The translations under genes were made by a program, and so were the position numbers. DNA of 20,000 nucleotides from IMG/VR virus record IMGVR_UViG_3300033144_003013, one strand, 5' to 3'. This document shows, piece by piece, positions 1 to 8,278 of this stretch. The notes under the pieces are model-generated. The model saw nothing but the letters and a program-made list of their open reading frames with translations. It had not been told where the DNA came from and did not search any database. This DNA comes from an uncultured virus (IMG/VR IMGVR_UViG_3300033144_003013). Taxonomy: Duplodnaviria > Heunggongvirae > Uroviricota > Caudoviricetes. How positions within the stretch are numbered: position 1 is the first letter of the stretch; each line of letters starts with the position of its first letter.

Positions 1-231
1 AAGAACTTTGTAATGAAAGGTCGTTTAACTGAAAAAGGGAAGTTTTTAAGTAAAGAAGAATTATTAAAAATGGCAGATGACGTATTGGTAAGTAAGTCCG
101 ATGATAAAGACTTAAAGATTGATAAAAAAGTGTCCCCTATACTTTTAAGAAATATTAAAGCATTAAAAAGATTAGCCAATCTTGAAGGTATTTCAATTGT
201 AGAATTAATTAAGATTTTAAAAAATGAATAA
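1..231 (+). CDS. Hypothetical protein, probably 5'-truncated by the window edge
   Basis: Frame is open from base 1 (aag aac ttt gta ATG...) to TAA at 229-231; overlaps the next gene's ATG at 224. No recognisable motif. Confidence 0.6.
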   Translation, partial: KNFVMKGRLTEKGKFLSKEELLKMADDVLVSKSDDKDLKIDKKVSPILLRNIKALKRLANLEGISIVELIKILKNE

Positions 232-688
232 GGACTTATACGATAAGAAAGTTAAATTACCTGATTCACTTAAAAATCATCTATCTAAGTGCTTTGATTC
301 TGTTGATGCAAATAGTAATACTGAGGGATTTAATAGAAATAAAGAATTAAGAGAAACCGGTGTTTTAAATTACCAAAGACTAAAAAGAATTAAAAATTGG
401 TTTGATTCGTTTGAAGGAGATAGTAAAGATGCTCCATTTATACTTAATGGTGGTGAAAGAATGAAAAAATGGTGTGACCATGTTTTAGACCACTGGAGAA
501 ATACTTTAGACCTCGGTAAAAAAGCCAAATCTGCAAGTGGTATGGAAAATGAATATATTAAATACCACACCAAAGATGGCGTAGTTGTTAGTCCTAATAA
601 AAAACATGAAAAAGGAATAAACAAATACGATACTTCTGTCACTGAACAGATAAAACAAATAAACGATATAATGAAAACATTACTATAA
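224..688 (+). CDS. Hypothetical phage protein (154 aa)
   Basis: Coupled to both neighbours (TAATG overlap at 686-690). Segment EGFNRNKEL...YQRLKRIKNWF...LNGGERMKKW loosely resembles a helical domain I recall from phage head-associated proteins; unverified. Confidence 0.7.
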   Translation: MNKDLYDKKVKLPDSLKNHLSKCFDSVDANSNTEGFNRNKELRETGVLNYQRLKRIKNWFDSFEGDSKDAPFILNGGERMKKWCDHVLDHWRNTLDLGKKAKSASGMENEYIKYHTKDGVVVSPNKKHEKGINKYDTSVTEQIKQINDIMKTLL

Positions 689-987
689 TGGCAACACAAA
701 ACGACAAATTAGACTTCGCACAACCTGAAAACGCATTATCGGCGGTGGCAACTGCGGAAAGAGGTAAGTTATTCCCTAAAAATGATTTTTCACCTAAGAG
801 TGACCTTTATTCACCACAACATCCTGATGCTATGGCAGATGGTGATGATATTGGTAGAGGTACCGCACAATATTTAGATGTTTATAATCAGAATGCTGGT
901 ACATCAACAGATATACAGGCTAGAGTTGAAAACACTAAAATAGATAAGTTTAGTCCAAATAATCCTTACCCTAACTTCGACTTATAA
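688..987 (+). CDS. Hypothetical protein (99 aa), D/N/P/A-rich, possibly virion-associated
   Basis: TAATG overlaps at both ends; composition less Lys/Ile-biased than neighbours. Function not recognised. Confidence 0.7.
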   Translation: MATQNDKLDFAQPENALSAVATAERGKLFPKNDFSPKSDLYSPQHPDAMADGDDIGRGTAQYLDVYNQNAGTSTDIQARVENTKIDKFSPNNPYPNFDL

Positions 988-1370
988 TGAAACTTATTAC
1001 AACTGTCAAAGGTCTCATAAATGAAATCGCTTCTTTAAATGATATTGAAAAATCAATTAGAGATAGAAAAGTTGTAATAATTAATTATGATGGTAAAGAA
1101 CCTGGAGGTAAAGGATATAGAACGATTGAACCTGTATGTGTAGGGAGAAGTAAAGGAGGTAATAATATGGTACTTAGAGCTTGGGATGTTGAAGGAGCAT
1201 CACACACGGCATCTATAGGTGAAAAACCGTTACCTGGATGGAGATTATTCAGAGTTGACAAAATATTTACTTATAAGCTAACTAATGATACTTTTAATGA
1301 ACCTAGACCTAACTACAACCCTAATGGTGATAATAGTATGTCTAGTGTTATTTTAAACGCAAAATTTTAA
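987..1370 (+). CDS. Stand-alone WYL-domain protein
   Basis: Typical WYL pattern: I..R.VV.I.Y...G..YRTIEPV.VG...VLRAWD...WRLFRVDKI...L..DTF; no N-terminal HTH and no WCX domain. Confidence 0.85.
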   Translation: MKLITTVKGLINEIASLNDIEKSIRDRKVVIINYDGKEPGGKGYRTIEPVCVGRSKGGNNMVLRAWDVEGASHTASIGEKPLPGWRLFRVDKIFTYKLTNDTFNEPRPNYNPNGDNSMSSVILNAKF

Positions 1371-1381
1371 TATAAAAGAAT

Positions 1382-1990
1382 ATGAGTGACTTAATGCAAA
1401 AATTAGCAATATCTAAAAAAATAATGGAAAAACATGACCAATCTCCAAGAGGTAGCAACTCAGGAGGTTTACCGATTTCAGAAAATGTTAATGCTACTTA
1501 TAATATACCAAATGAAGTAATTCAACAAAATCAACCTATAACACAACCTAAAGTTCAACAACAAGTTAACTTAGGTCAACCTGTTAACGAAAGTGCAATT
1601 ACTAATTCTAAATTACCTGATGAAATAAAAAAATTAATGTTAGAAAATCCAATAGTTCAACCACAAATGGGTGGACCTGTTTTGTCTGACGAATTAATAG
1701 AGGGAGCCTCAAGATTAATGAATAATAATACTGTACCTCAAACAGGTCCTTTACAAAACGAAGGTAACACAATCTCAACAAACTCTTCGTCACTACCAAC
1801 TAATAATGATTTAAAACAAATGATTAGAGATGTTGTTAGAGATACTGTTAGAGATGTAGTAAAAGAAGAACTACAAAGTGCAGGATTATTATCGGAATCA
1901 TCTAAAAAAACTAACGAAACATTATCACTTAGAGTAGGTAATCATATATTTGAAGGGAAAGTTTTAAAGATTAAGAAAGTAAAAAAATAA
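1382..1990 (+). CDS. Hypothetical protein (202 aa) with Q/N/P-rich low-complexity linker
   Basis: Long ORF in the gene string; SKLPDEIKKLMLENPI block, IRDVVRDTVRDVVKEEL amphipathic repeat, C-terminal LRVGNHIFEGKV beta-hairpin-like segment. Confidence 0.75.
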   Translation: MSDLMQKLAISKKIMEKHDQSPRGSNSGGLPISENVNATYNIPNEVIQQNQPITQPKVQQQVNLGQPVNESAITNSKLPDEIKKLMLENPIVQPQMGGPVLSDELIEGASRLMNNNTVPQTGPLQNEGNTISTNSSSLPTNNDLKQMIRDVVRDTVRDVVKEELQSAGLLSESSKKTNETLSLRVGNHIFEGKVLKIKKVKK

Positions 1991-2045
1991 CCATACCTTT
2001 TCTTATTAAAAATCTTTTACTATATTTTGAATAAACTTAAAATAT
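1991..2045 (+). promoter_or_regulatory. Possible promoter region for the glycan/nucleotide gene string
   Basis: Largest true intergenic gap in the window (55 bp), very AT-rich; contains TACTATATTTTG, an imperfect match to the Bacteroidota -7 element TAnnTTTG. Confidence 0.3.
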
Positions 2046-3254
2046 ATGTCAAAGATTAGAATATTAGTATTACCCTCCGATAGAACAGGAGTCGGTAAAT
2101 TTCGTTCAGTAGAACCACACATTTTCCTACAAAATCAAAATCCAAATGATTTTCATGTGGACATAGATTATGACCCAAAAATTAATGATGATAACTTTTG
2201 GAAAAGTTATGATATAGTTCATTTTCACAGAACAATAACAAAAGACTACGACTCCACTCCCGCACTTTTAGATAAACTAAAAAAATGGGGTATTGTTACG
2301 ATAGCAGATATAGACGACTATTGGTTACCAACAAAAGAGCATCCTGCTCATGCAATGGTTAATAATAATAAATTACATATAAAAATACGGGAAAATTTAA
2401 AGGCCGCACAATACGTTACCACAACTACTGAGATATTCGCTCAAGAGATAAAAAAACTTAACAAAAACGTATTTGTTTTACCAAACGCGATTAATCCTAA
2501 CGAACCACAGTTTAAAGCTAAAACTGAACCTTCAGATAAACTTAGGTTTGGGTGGTTAGGGGGTTCATCTCATTTACATGACTTAAAGATATTAGATAAT
2601 TGTTTTAGTAGATTAGGGGGGTTAAATGATAAATTTGATTTATATCTTTGTGGTTTTGATACTAGAGGTACTATAACAGAAATAGACCAAAGAACAGGAA
2701 ACCAAAAACAAAGAGACATTAAACCCGAAGAAACTGTTTGGGCAGAATATGAAAAAATATTCACAAGAAATTATAAATCATTAGATGAGGATTATAAAAA
2801 GTTTTTATTAACTTACAAACAACAACCATATGATAATGAAAAGTTCTACCATAGAGTATGGACTCAACCTGTGACCTCATACGCTAAAAATTATTCTAAA
2901 TTTGACGTATCGTTAGCACCAATTAAAAATCATATCTTTAATAGAATGAAATCACAATTAAAGGTTATTGAGGCAGGTTTTTATAAGAAAGCAATTATCG
3001 CGTCTAATATTGGCCCATACACTATTGATTTAAAACATGCCTTAAGTTATGGTGAATTTGTTGATGGTAACGCGTTATTAGTTAATGAAGGTAGAAATCA
3101 CTCGGATTGGGCTAAATACATTAAAAAACTAGTTAATAATCCATCATGGGCCGAAGAATTAGGTGAAAGGTTATACGAAACAGTAAAAGATAAATACGAT
3201 TTAAATATCGTAACAAAAACAAGAGCAGAAATTTATAAATCACTATTATCATGA
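2046..3254 (+). CDS. Glycosyltransferase, GT-B fold (GT4-like)
   Basis: G.G.FR...PH N-terminus, DIVHFHR, DIDDYW, VLPNAI, RFGWLGGSSH, DVSLAPI...FNRMKSQLKVIEAG...AIIASNIGPY donor-binding region. Confidence 0.88.
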   Translation: MSKIRILVLPSDRTGVGKFRSVEPHIFLQNQNPNDFHVDIDYDPKINDDNFWKSYDIVHFHRTITKDYDSTPALLDKLKKWGIVTIADIDDYWLPTKEHPAHAMVNNNKLHIKIRENLKAAQYVTTTTEIFAQEIKKLNKNVFVLPNAINPNEPQFKAKTEPSDKLRFGWLGGSSHLHDLKILDNCFSRLGGLNDKFDLYLCGFDTRGTITEIDQRTGNQKQRDIKPEETVWAEYEKIFTRNYKSLDEDYKKFLLTYKQQPYDNEKFYHRVWTQPVTSYAKNYSKFDVSLAPIKNHIFNRMKSQLKVIEAGFYKKAIIASNIGPYTIDLKHALSYGEFVDGNALLVNEGRNHSDWAKYIKKLVNNPSWAEELGERLYETVKDKYDLNIVTKTRAEIYKSLLS

Positions 3255-3952
3255 TAAACTTACCATTAAACAAATTACTATTTTTTGATTTAGAAACAGT
3301 TGGTATTGAGAAAGATTTACCAACACTAAAAAAGAATCGTCCAGAGTTAGCAAGATTATTTGAAAGTTACTTGGATTGGTTCATTAGAAAATACCCTGAC
3401 CAAGAAGGAAATACTCCTGAAGAAATTTTTGTAAACAAAGCTGCGTTAGTTGCTGAATTTTCAAAAATCATTGTAGCATCTTTTTCATTTATAACTCCAT
3501 CAGGTGATATTCACACACAAACAATTGCTGAGGACGATGAAAAAGACTTATTAATTAAAGTAAAAGAACTGTTAAATAAAGTAGAGAAGTTAGATTTTTA
3601 TTTGTGCGGACATAATATTAAATTTTTTGATATTCCTACATTAGGTAAAAGATTCTTAACTAACGGTATAAAACCACCTAAATTACTACCTTCTTACGAT
3701 ACTAAACCATGGGAGATTAAGGCTTTAGATACTAAGGAGATTTGGCAATTCGGAAATAATTTTGGTATTTCGTCTTTGGACTTAATGTGTATTTCCATGG
3801 GAATTGAAAGTCCAAAAACGGGAGAAGTATCAGGTAACTTAGTTCATGATACATATTGGAACGCTAATGGTTTAACACCAATATCTGAATATTGTGAAAA
3901 AGATGTTCATGTTTTGGTAGAATTAATTAAAAAAATATACAATCTTAAATAA
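3251..3952 (+). CDS. PolB-related 3'-5' exonuclease (DEDDy, DNA_pol_B_exo2-like)
   Basis: ExoI FFDLET, ExoII GHNIKFFDIP, ExoIII YCEKDV; stand-alone, no polymerase domain. Confidence 0.88.
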   Translation: MINLPLNKLLFFDLETVGIEKDLPTLKKNRPELARLFESYLDWFIRKYPDQEGNTPEEIFVNKAALVAEFSKIIVASFSFITPSGDIHTQTIAEDDEKDLLIKVKELLNKVEKLDFYLCGHNIKFFDIPTLGKRFLTNGIKPPKLLPSYDTKPWEIKALDTKEIWQFGNNFGISSLDLMCISMGIESPKTGEVSGNLVHDTYWNANGLTPISEYCEKDVHVLVELIKKIYNLK

Positions 3953-3955
3953 ATT

Positions 3956-4555
3956 ATGTTAGGTAAATTAAATAAATTAAAAGAGGAAATGTCTAAACTT
4001 AGTGACATCAAAAAAAGTTTAGAGGACGTTGACATGACTGACCCAAAAGCAATGATGGAGTCATTTGGTATTGATTATGATGAATTGGAAAAATCGTTTA
4101 CACATAATGGATTTGAGCCAACTGAAATTCAATATTCGCTTAAATCTGTAAATAAAGAACCTCAGTACCATTATGGCAGTGATTCAGGGTTTGATTTAAG
4201 AGCGAATGAAAAAGTTGTTTTAGGTCCCTTTGAAAGGTCATTAGTCCCAACAGGGTTACATATTGATGTACCGAAAAGATGTGAAGTTCAAGTGAGACCT
4301 AAAAGTGGATTAGCACTTAAGAAAGGATTAACTGTTTTAAATACACCAGGTACTGTAGATGAAGGTTATACAGGTGAAATAAAAGTTATATTAATAAATT
4401 TAACTCCCGACACTCAAACAATAGAATTTGGTGATAAGATAGCTCAAGCAGTTATTTGTCCTGTAGTTCAAGGTAGGGATGTAAAATTAAAACGAGTCAA
4501 AGAAATAAAAGAAAAAGATAGAAATGAAAATGGATTTGGTTCAACTGGAAACTAA
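3956..4555 (+). CDS. dut: Trimeric dUTP diphosphatase with ~55 aa N-terminal extension
   Basis: All five motifs: SGFDL, RPKSG, GTVDEGYTGE, KIAQAV, RNENGFGSTG. Confidence 0.95.
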   Translation: MLGKLNKLKEEMSKLSDIKKSLEDVDMTDPKAMMESFGIDYDELEKSFTHNGFEPTEIQYSLKSVNKEPQYHYGSDSGFDLRANEKVVLGPFERSLVPTGLHIDVPKRCEVQVRPKSGLALKKGLTVLNTPGTVDEGYTGEIKVILINLTPDTQTIEFGDKIAQAVICPVVQGRDVKLKRVKEIKEKDRNENGFGSTGN

Positions 4556-4934
4556 CACTAGTCCCGTACTAAGTGATGATAAAAAAAATTATTTAATAGA
4601 CATAGATGGTACAATTACAGATGATGTCCCTAATGAAGAACCTGAGAGAATGTCAACATGTTTACCATATACCGATTCGGTTAAGATAATTAATGGATGG
4701 TACGATGAAGGGCATGTGATAACTTTTTTTACCTCACGAACTGAAGAGCATAGAGAGGTAACTGAAGAATGGTTTAAAACTCATGGATTTAAGTACCATA
4801 ATTTATTAATGAATAAACCTCGTGGAGGTAATTATCATTGGATTGATAACCACATAGTCAGGGCAACCAGATATAATGGACTATGGACCCCCCTAACGAC
4901 CAAAGAGGTAAAAATTGAAGTATTTAACGACTAA
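4524..4934 (+). CDS. HAD-superfamily phosphatase, capless (C0) type
   Basis: Motif I LIDIDGT, motif II FFTSR, motif III KP, motif IV WIDN. Start (4524 or 4530) overlaps the dut 3' end. Confidence 0.85.
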   Translation: MKMDLVQLETNTSPVLSDDKKNYLIDIDGTITDDVPNEEPERMSTCLPYTDSVKIINGWYDEGHVITFFTSRTEEHREVTEEWFKTHGFKYHNLLMNKPRGGNYHWIDNHIVRATRYNGLWTPLTTKEVKIEVFND

Positions 4935-6337
4935 TGATTACGATAGGATATTGTACAAAGAAAATAGACCCTGAATTTAGAGACTATATTGAAAAATCGT
5001 CAGGGGTTCATAAAGTTGAGGTTATACCTTTTGAAAATCCTGGTACTCACTCTTTAAGTGAGGCTTATAATATAATATTAGAAAAGGCATCTAATGATAT
5101 TGTAGTGTTATGTCATGATGATTTATATTTTGAAAAAAAGAATTGGGGAAATAAACTCCTAAAACATTTTAAAAGAAACCCTGAATATGGTATTTTAGGT
5201 GTAGCGGGAACTAAGTTCTTTCCTAAATCTGCTAGATGGTGGGAAATTAATACAGAAATGTTAGGAATAGTAAATCATCAACAAGGGGACAAAAAATGGA
5301 CAAGTAAGTATAGTGAATCAAAAGGTAGTAAATTAGATGATAGTGTTATTGTTGATGGTTTATTTATAGCAATAAATAAAAACAAAATAAAACATAATTT
5401 TGATGAGAGATTCGATGGTTTCCATTTTTACGATTTAGGTTTTTGTTTTAAGAATTATATAGAAAATGTTAAAATTGGTGTATTATACGATATTAGAATT
5501 ACTCATTTATCAGTAGGTCAAACAAATCAAAAATGGGAAAGTAATAGATTAAAGTTTCTTGCTTTTTATGAAGATAAATTACCAATCTTATTACCTACTT
5601 CATTTGATAAAAAACCAATTAAAAAGGGAGAACCTTTAGTTACACTGGCTATGCCAATATATAATTACGCTAAAAGATTAAATCCTACATTACAGTCAGT
5701 GTTTAGTCAAGACTATACTAACTTTGAAATTACGATAGTTAATGACGGCTCTGATGATGAGTATTGTTTAATGAAATTAGATTCGTTAGAAGGACATGAG
5801 GGTATAAGAATAATACATAAAGAAAACACAGGAGTTTCTGACACTAGAAATGTTGCAGTTAGAGAAGGTAAAGGTGAGTATATATTACCTTTAGATGCCG
5901 ATGACATGATATTACCAGGTTATCTTAAAACGGGTGTCAACTTGATAAGAAAGAATCCTAAAATAAGTCCTGTTTATTGTGATACTATTCATGTAGGGGA
6001 AATGCAAGGATTGGAGGAAAGACCTGAATGGTCACCTGAAAGACTGTTATCAGGTCCATTTATTGTTAATAGTTCAATGTATTCTCGTGAGGCTTATGAA
6101 ACTATTGAAGGGTATAATACCGAAATGAAAGGATGGGTCGATTATGATTTGTGGGTTCAAATGATGGACGCAGGATTTATAGGTAAAAGAATTCCTAAGG
6201 GTCTATTTATATATTTCCATCACGAAAGTGAAGGGAAGGGTTCAGTTTCAACCTCAGCTAGACAAAATATGAAACAATTACATAAAACAGTTTTAGATAG
6301 ACATAAACTTAGGAATAAAAATAGGAATAATGAGTAA
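4934..6337 (+). CDS. Two-domain GT2-type glycosyltransferase (two GT-A domains)
   Basis: N-domain: SLSEAYN, VLCHDD, GILGVAG, VDGLF, FDERFDGFHFYD, ITHLS.G. C-domain: LVTLAMPIYN, VNDGSDD, ENTGVS..RN, ILPLDADD, VDYDLW. Confidence 0.9.
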   Translation: MITIGYCTKKIDPEFRDYIEKSSGVHKVEVIPFENPGTHSLSEAYNIILEKASNDIVVLCHDDLYFEKKNWGNKLLKHFKRNPEYGILGVAGTKFFPKSARWWEINTEMLGIVNHQQGDKKWTSKYSESKGSKLDDSVIVDGLFIAINKNKIKHNFDERFDGFHFYDLGFCFKNYIENVKIGVLYDIRITHLSVGQTNQKWESNRLKFLAFYEDKLPILLPTSFDKKPIKKGEPLVTLAMPIYNYAKRLNPTLQSVFSQDYTNFEITIVNDGSDDEYCLMKLDSLEGHEGIRIIHKENTGVSDTRNVAVREGKGEYILPLDADDMILPGYLKTGVNLIRKNPKISPVYCDTIHVGEMQGLEERPEWSPERLLSGPFIVNSSMYSREAYETIEGYNTEMKGWVDYDLWVQMMDAGFIGKRIPKGLFIYFHHESEGKGSVSTSARQNMKQLHKTVLDRHKLRNKNRNNE

Positions 6338-6476
6338 TATTGACCAACAAAATAATGGCAATCCTCACACACAAGAAACTAGAAATTCATTTAATCAAAA
6401 AGTGGCTAGATTAGCAATACTTGGTCAAAGTAAAAAGGTAAAGTGGAGCGATAAGAGAAGGTACAGGAATATATAA
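6330..6476 (+). CDS. Small basic hypothetical protein (48 aa), below ORF-track cutoff
   Basis: ATG at 6330 overlaps the upstream GT end; TAA at 6474-6476 lies 4 nt before the next ATG. Translation MSNIDQQNNGNPHTQETRNSFNQKVARLAILGQSKKVKWSDKRRYRNI fills the gap exactly. Confidence 0.65.
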   Translation: MSNIDQQNNGNPHTQETRNSFNQKVARLAILGQSKKVKWSDKRRYRNI

Positions 6477-6480
6477 AATA

Positions 6481-7083
6481 ATGAAAGAAAAAAAGATAAT
6501 AATAGTTGGGTCTTCAGATATAATGTTAGAAAATAATCTTGGAAGTGAGATTGATAATTTTGATATTGTAGTAAGGTTTAATAGGGCTCCTGTATTTAAT
6601 TTTGAAAACTATGTTGGGTCTAAAACTGATGTTAGATTTGTTAATTCTCACGCAGTAAAAAATACTCCAAAACAAAATGAAGACCTAAAATTTTTACCTT
6701 CAGTAAAAAATCAAATAATATGTAGTGATTTTAATATTAATGATAACGATTTTTATAGAGTTTTTGATAAAAGTTGTACCTACAAACAAATTAATAGATT
6801 TAGTAATTTCAAAAAATTTAAAAATAATATTTTAGATAAATTAGATATTAATTTAAATATGAAAGCCCCTGAACCTTCAGTAGGTTTAAATGCCATATGT
6901 TATTATATAAATGAAGGTTATATACCTACAATTTATGGATTTCATTTACATGATGAAAATCGAAATGTCTCTCCACATTATTGGAAGAAAAAACTTTCTG
7001 TTGGGGGTTGTCATGACTTTTCCTATGAAAGAAAATTAATAAAAGAATTAATAAATTTAAATTATTTAAAAGTATTAAAATGA
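6481..7083 (+). CDS. GT29 sialyltransferase-like glycosyltransferase
   Basis: All four sialylmotifs in order: L (IIVGSS...LGSEIDNFDIVVRFNRAP...FENYVGSKT), S (PSVGL.AI...IYGF), III (HYW), VS (HDFSYE). No transmembrane anchor. Confidence 0.9.
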   Translation: MKEKKIIIVGSSDIMLENNLGSEIDNFDIVVRFNRAPVFNFENYVGSKTDVRFVNSHAVKNTPKQNEDLKFLPSVKNQIICSDFNINDNDFYRVFDKSCTYKQINRFSNFKKFKNNILDKLDINLNMKAPEPSVGLNAICYYINEGYIPTIYGFHLHDENRNVSPHYWKKKLSVGGCHDFSYERKLIKELINLNYLKVLK

Positions 7084-7373
7084 CAATATTTGTAGATATA
7101 GACGAAACTATTTGTTACTATGAAAATGAGAGAGATTATAATTTAGCTCTTCCATTAGTGGACAATATAAAAAAAATTAATAAATTATATGATGAAGGTC
7201 ATCATATTAAGTATTGGACCGCTAGAGGTACAGTAATTAAGATAGATTGGTTTGATGTGACCAAAAAACAACTTGATGAGTGGGGGTGTAAGTACCACGA
7301 ATTAAGTGTTGGTGAAAAACCAGCTTATGATTTATTAATATGTGATAAAACAAAAAGAATAGAAGAAATATGA
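7080..7373 (+). CDS. Minimal HAD phosphatase (EcbF/BcbF capsule-phosphatase-like)
   Basis: IFVDIDETI, LYDEGH.I.YWTARG, KP.YDL.ICDK; 97 aa; ATGA overlaps on both sides. Confidence 0.85.
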   Translation: MTIFVDIDETICYYENERDYNLALPLVDNIKKINKLYDEGHHIKYWTARGTVIKIDWFDVTKKQLDEWGCKYHELSVGEKPAYDLLICDKTKRIEEI

Positions 7374-8278
7374 TAAAATTTAATAGCCCTGTATACCCTA
7401 TACCTCCATCATTTGATGAAGAGGAAAAATTAGAACTAATGTCAACAATTAGTTACTTAAATTATATAAAAACAAACGGAGGTAAAATCGTAATGACGAC
7501 TGCTGGAACTTCTCAGTATAACTTACTTAAGATTGAAGAAGTTAGGTCATTAAACTTGTGTGTGATTAATAACTTTGACGGTGAGAAAATATTAGGTCTT
7601 CCTCCTCTTAGTCTTAAACACATTAAAGAAGAAATAGAATTAATGAATACATTATGTGCTTCAGAAGACCCTAAGAAAATATCTTTACTAATATTATTTC
7701 CTGAGAGGTATTATGATGATGAACAGATTGTTGAGTATTTTGAAGAAATATGTAGAGTAAGTAAATTCAATATTTTAGTACATGGAAATCTATTAAGAAA
7801 AGGTATGGGAGGAACATATGAATACAGTAAACCACTATTAGAAAAACTGAGTAATATTGAAGGATTTATAGGTATGAAGGAAGAGGCATCAAACCTTATG
7901 CATTCAACTACTAATTTACCAAAAGATAATTTTGAGGTTATAGTTGCGGGTGGTAGTATGAAAAGATTTTGGGGATTATGTCCTCATGGGGCAACCACAT
8001 ACCTGACAGGTGTAGGTTCGTTTTTCCCTAAATTAGAAGAATCATTTTTTTCAAATTACAAGAATCATAACATAAATGAATGTTTATCAATTATCAATAA
8101 AATTGAAACTCCCCTATTTGAAACTTTTATGTCATCAGGGTGGCACCTATCTATGAGAACCGCATTAAAAGAGTTGGGTTTCATTAATAGTGATAGAAAA
8201 CCATTTAAACAACCTACTAAAGAAACTAAAGAAAAAATTATAAACACACTTAATAAAATTAAAAAATATGAAGAATAA
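7370..8278 (+). CDS. DapA/NanA-family class I aldolase, divergent active site
   Basis: ~300 aa; P.F...LEL N-terminus, AGTSQ at the GTTGE position, ERYY at the PYY position, Schiff-base Lys in FIGMKEE. Confidence 0.8.
   Translation: MIKFNSPVYPIPPSFDEEEKLELMSTISYLNYIKTNGGKIVMTTAGTSQYNLLKIEEVRSLNLCVINNFDGEKILGLPPLSLKHIKEEIELMNTLCASEDPKKISLLILFPERYYDDEQIVEYFEEICRVSKFNILVHGNLLRKGMGGTYEYSKPLLEKLSNIEGFIGMKEEASNLMHSTTNLPKDNFEVIVAGGSMKRFWGLCPHGATTYLTGVGSFFPKLEESFFSNYKNHNINECLSIINKIETPLFETFMSSGWHLSMRTALKELGFINSDRKPFKQPTKETKEKIINTLNKIKKYEE

Noticed and set aside
1823..1858. Three 12-bp tandem units (RTTAGAGATnnn)
   Set aside because: In-frame coding repeat (IRDV-VRDT-VRDV) for an amphipathic helix; no spacers, so not CRISPR or a regulatory array.
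7370..8278. dapA or nanA gene symbol
   Set aside because: Triad residues appear substituted and no lysine or sialic-acid catabolic genes are nearby.
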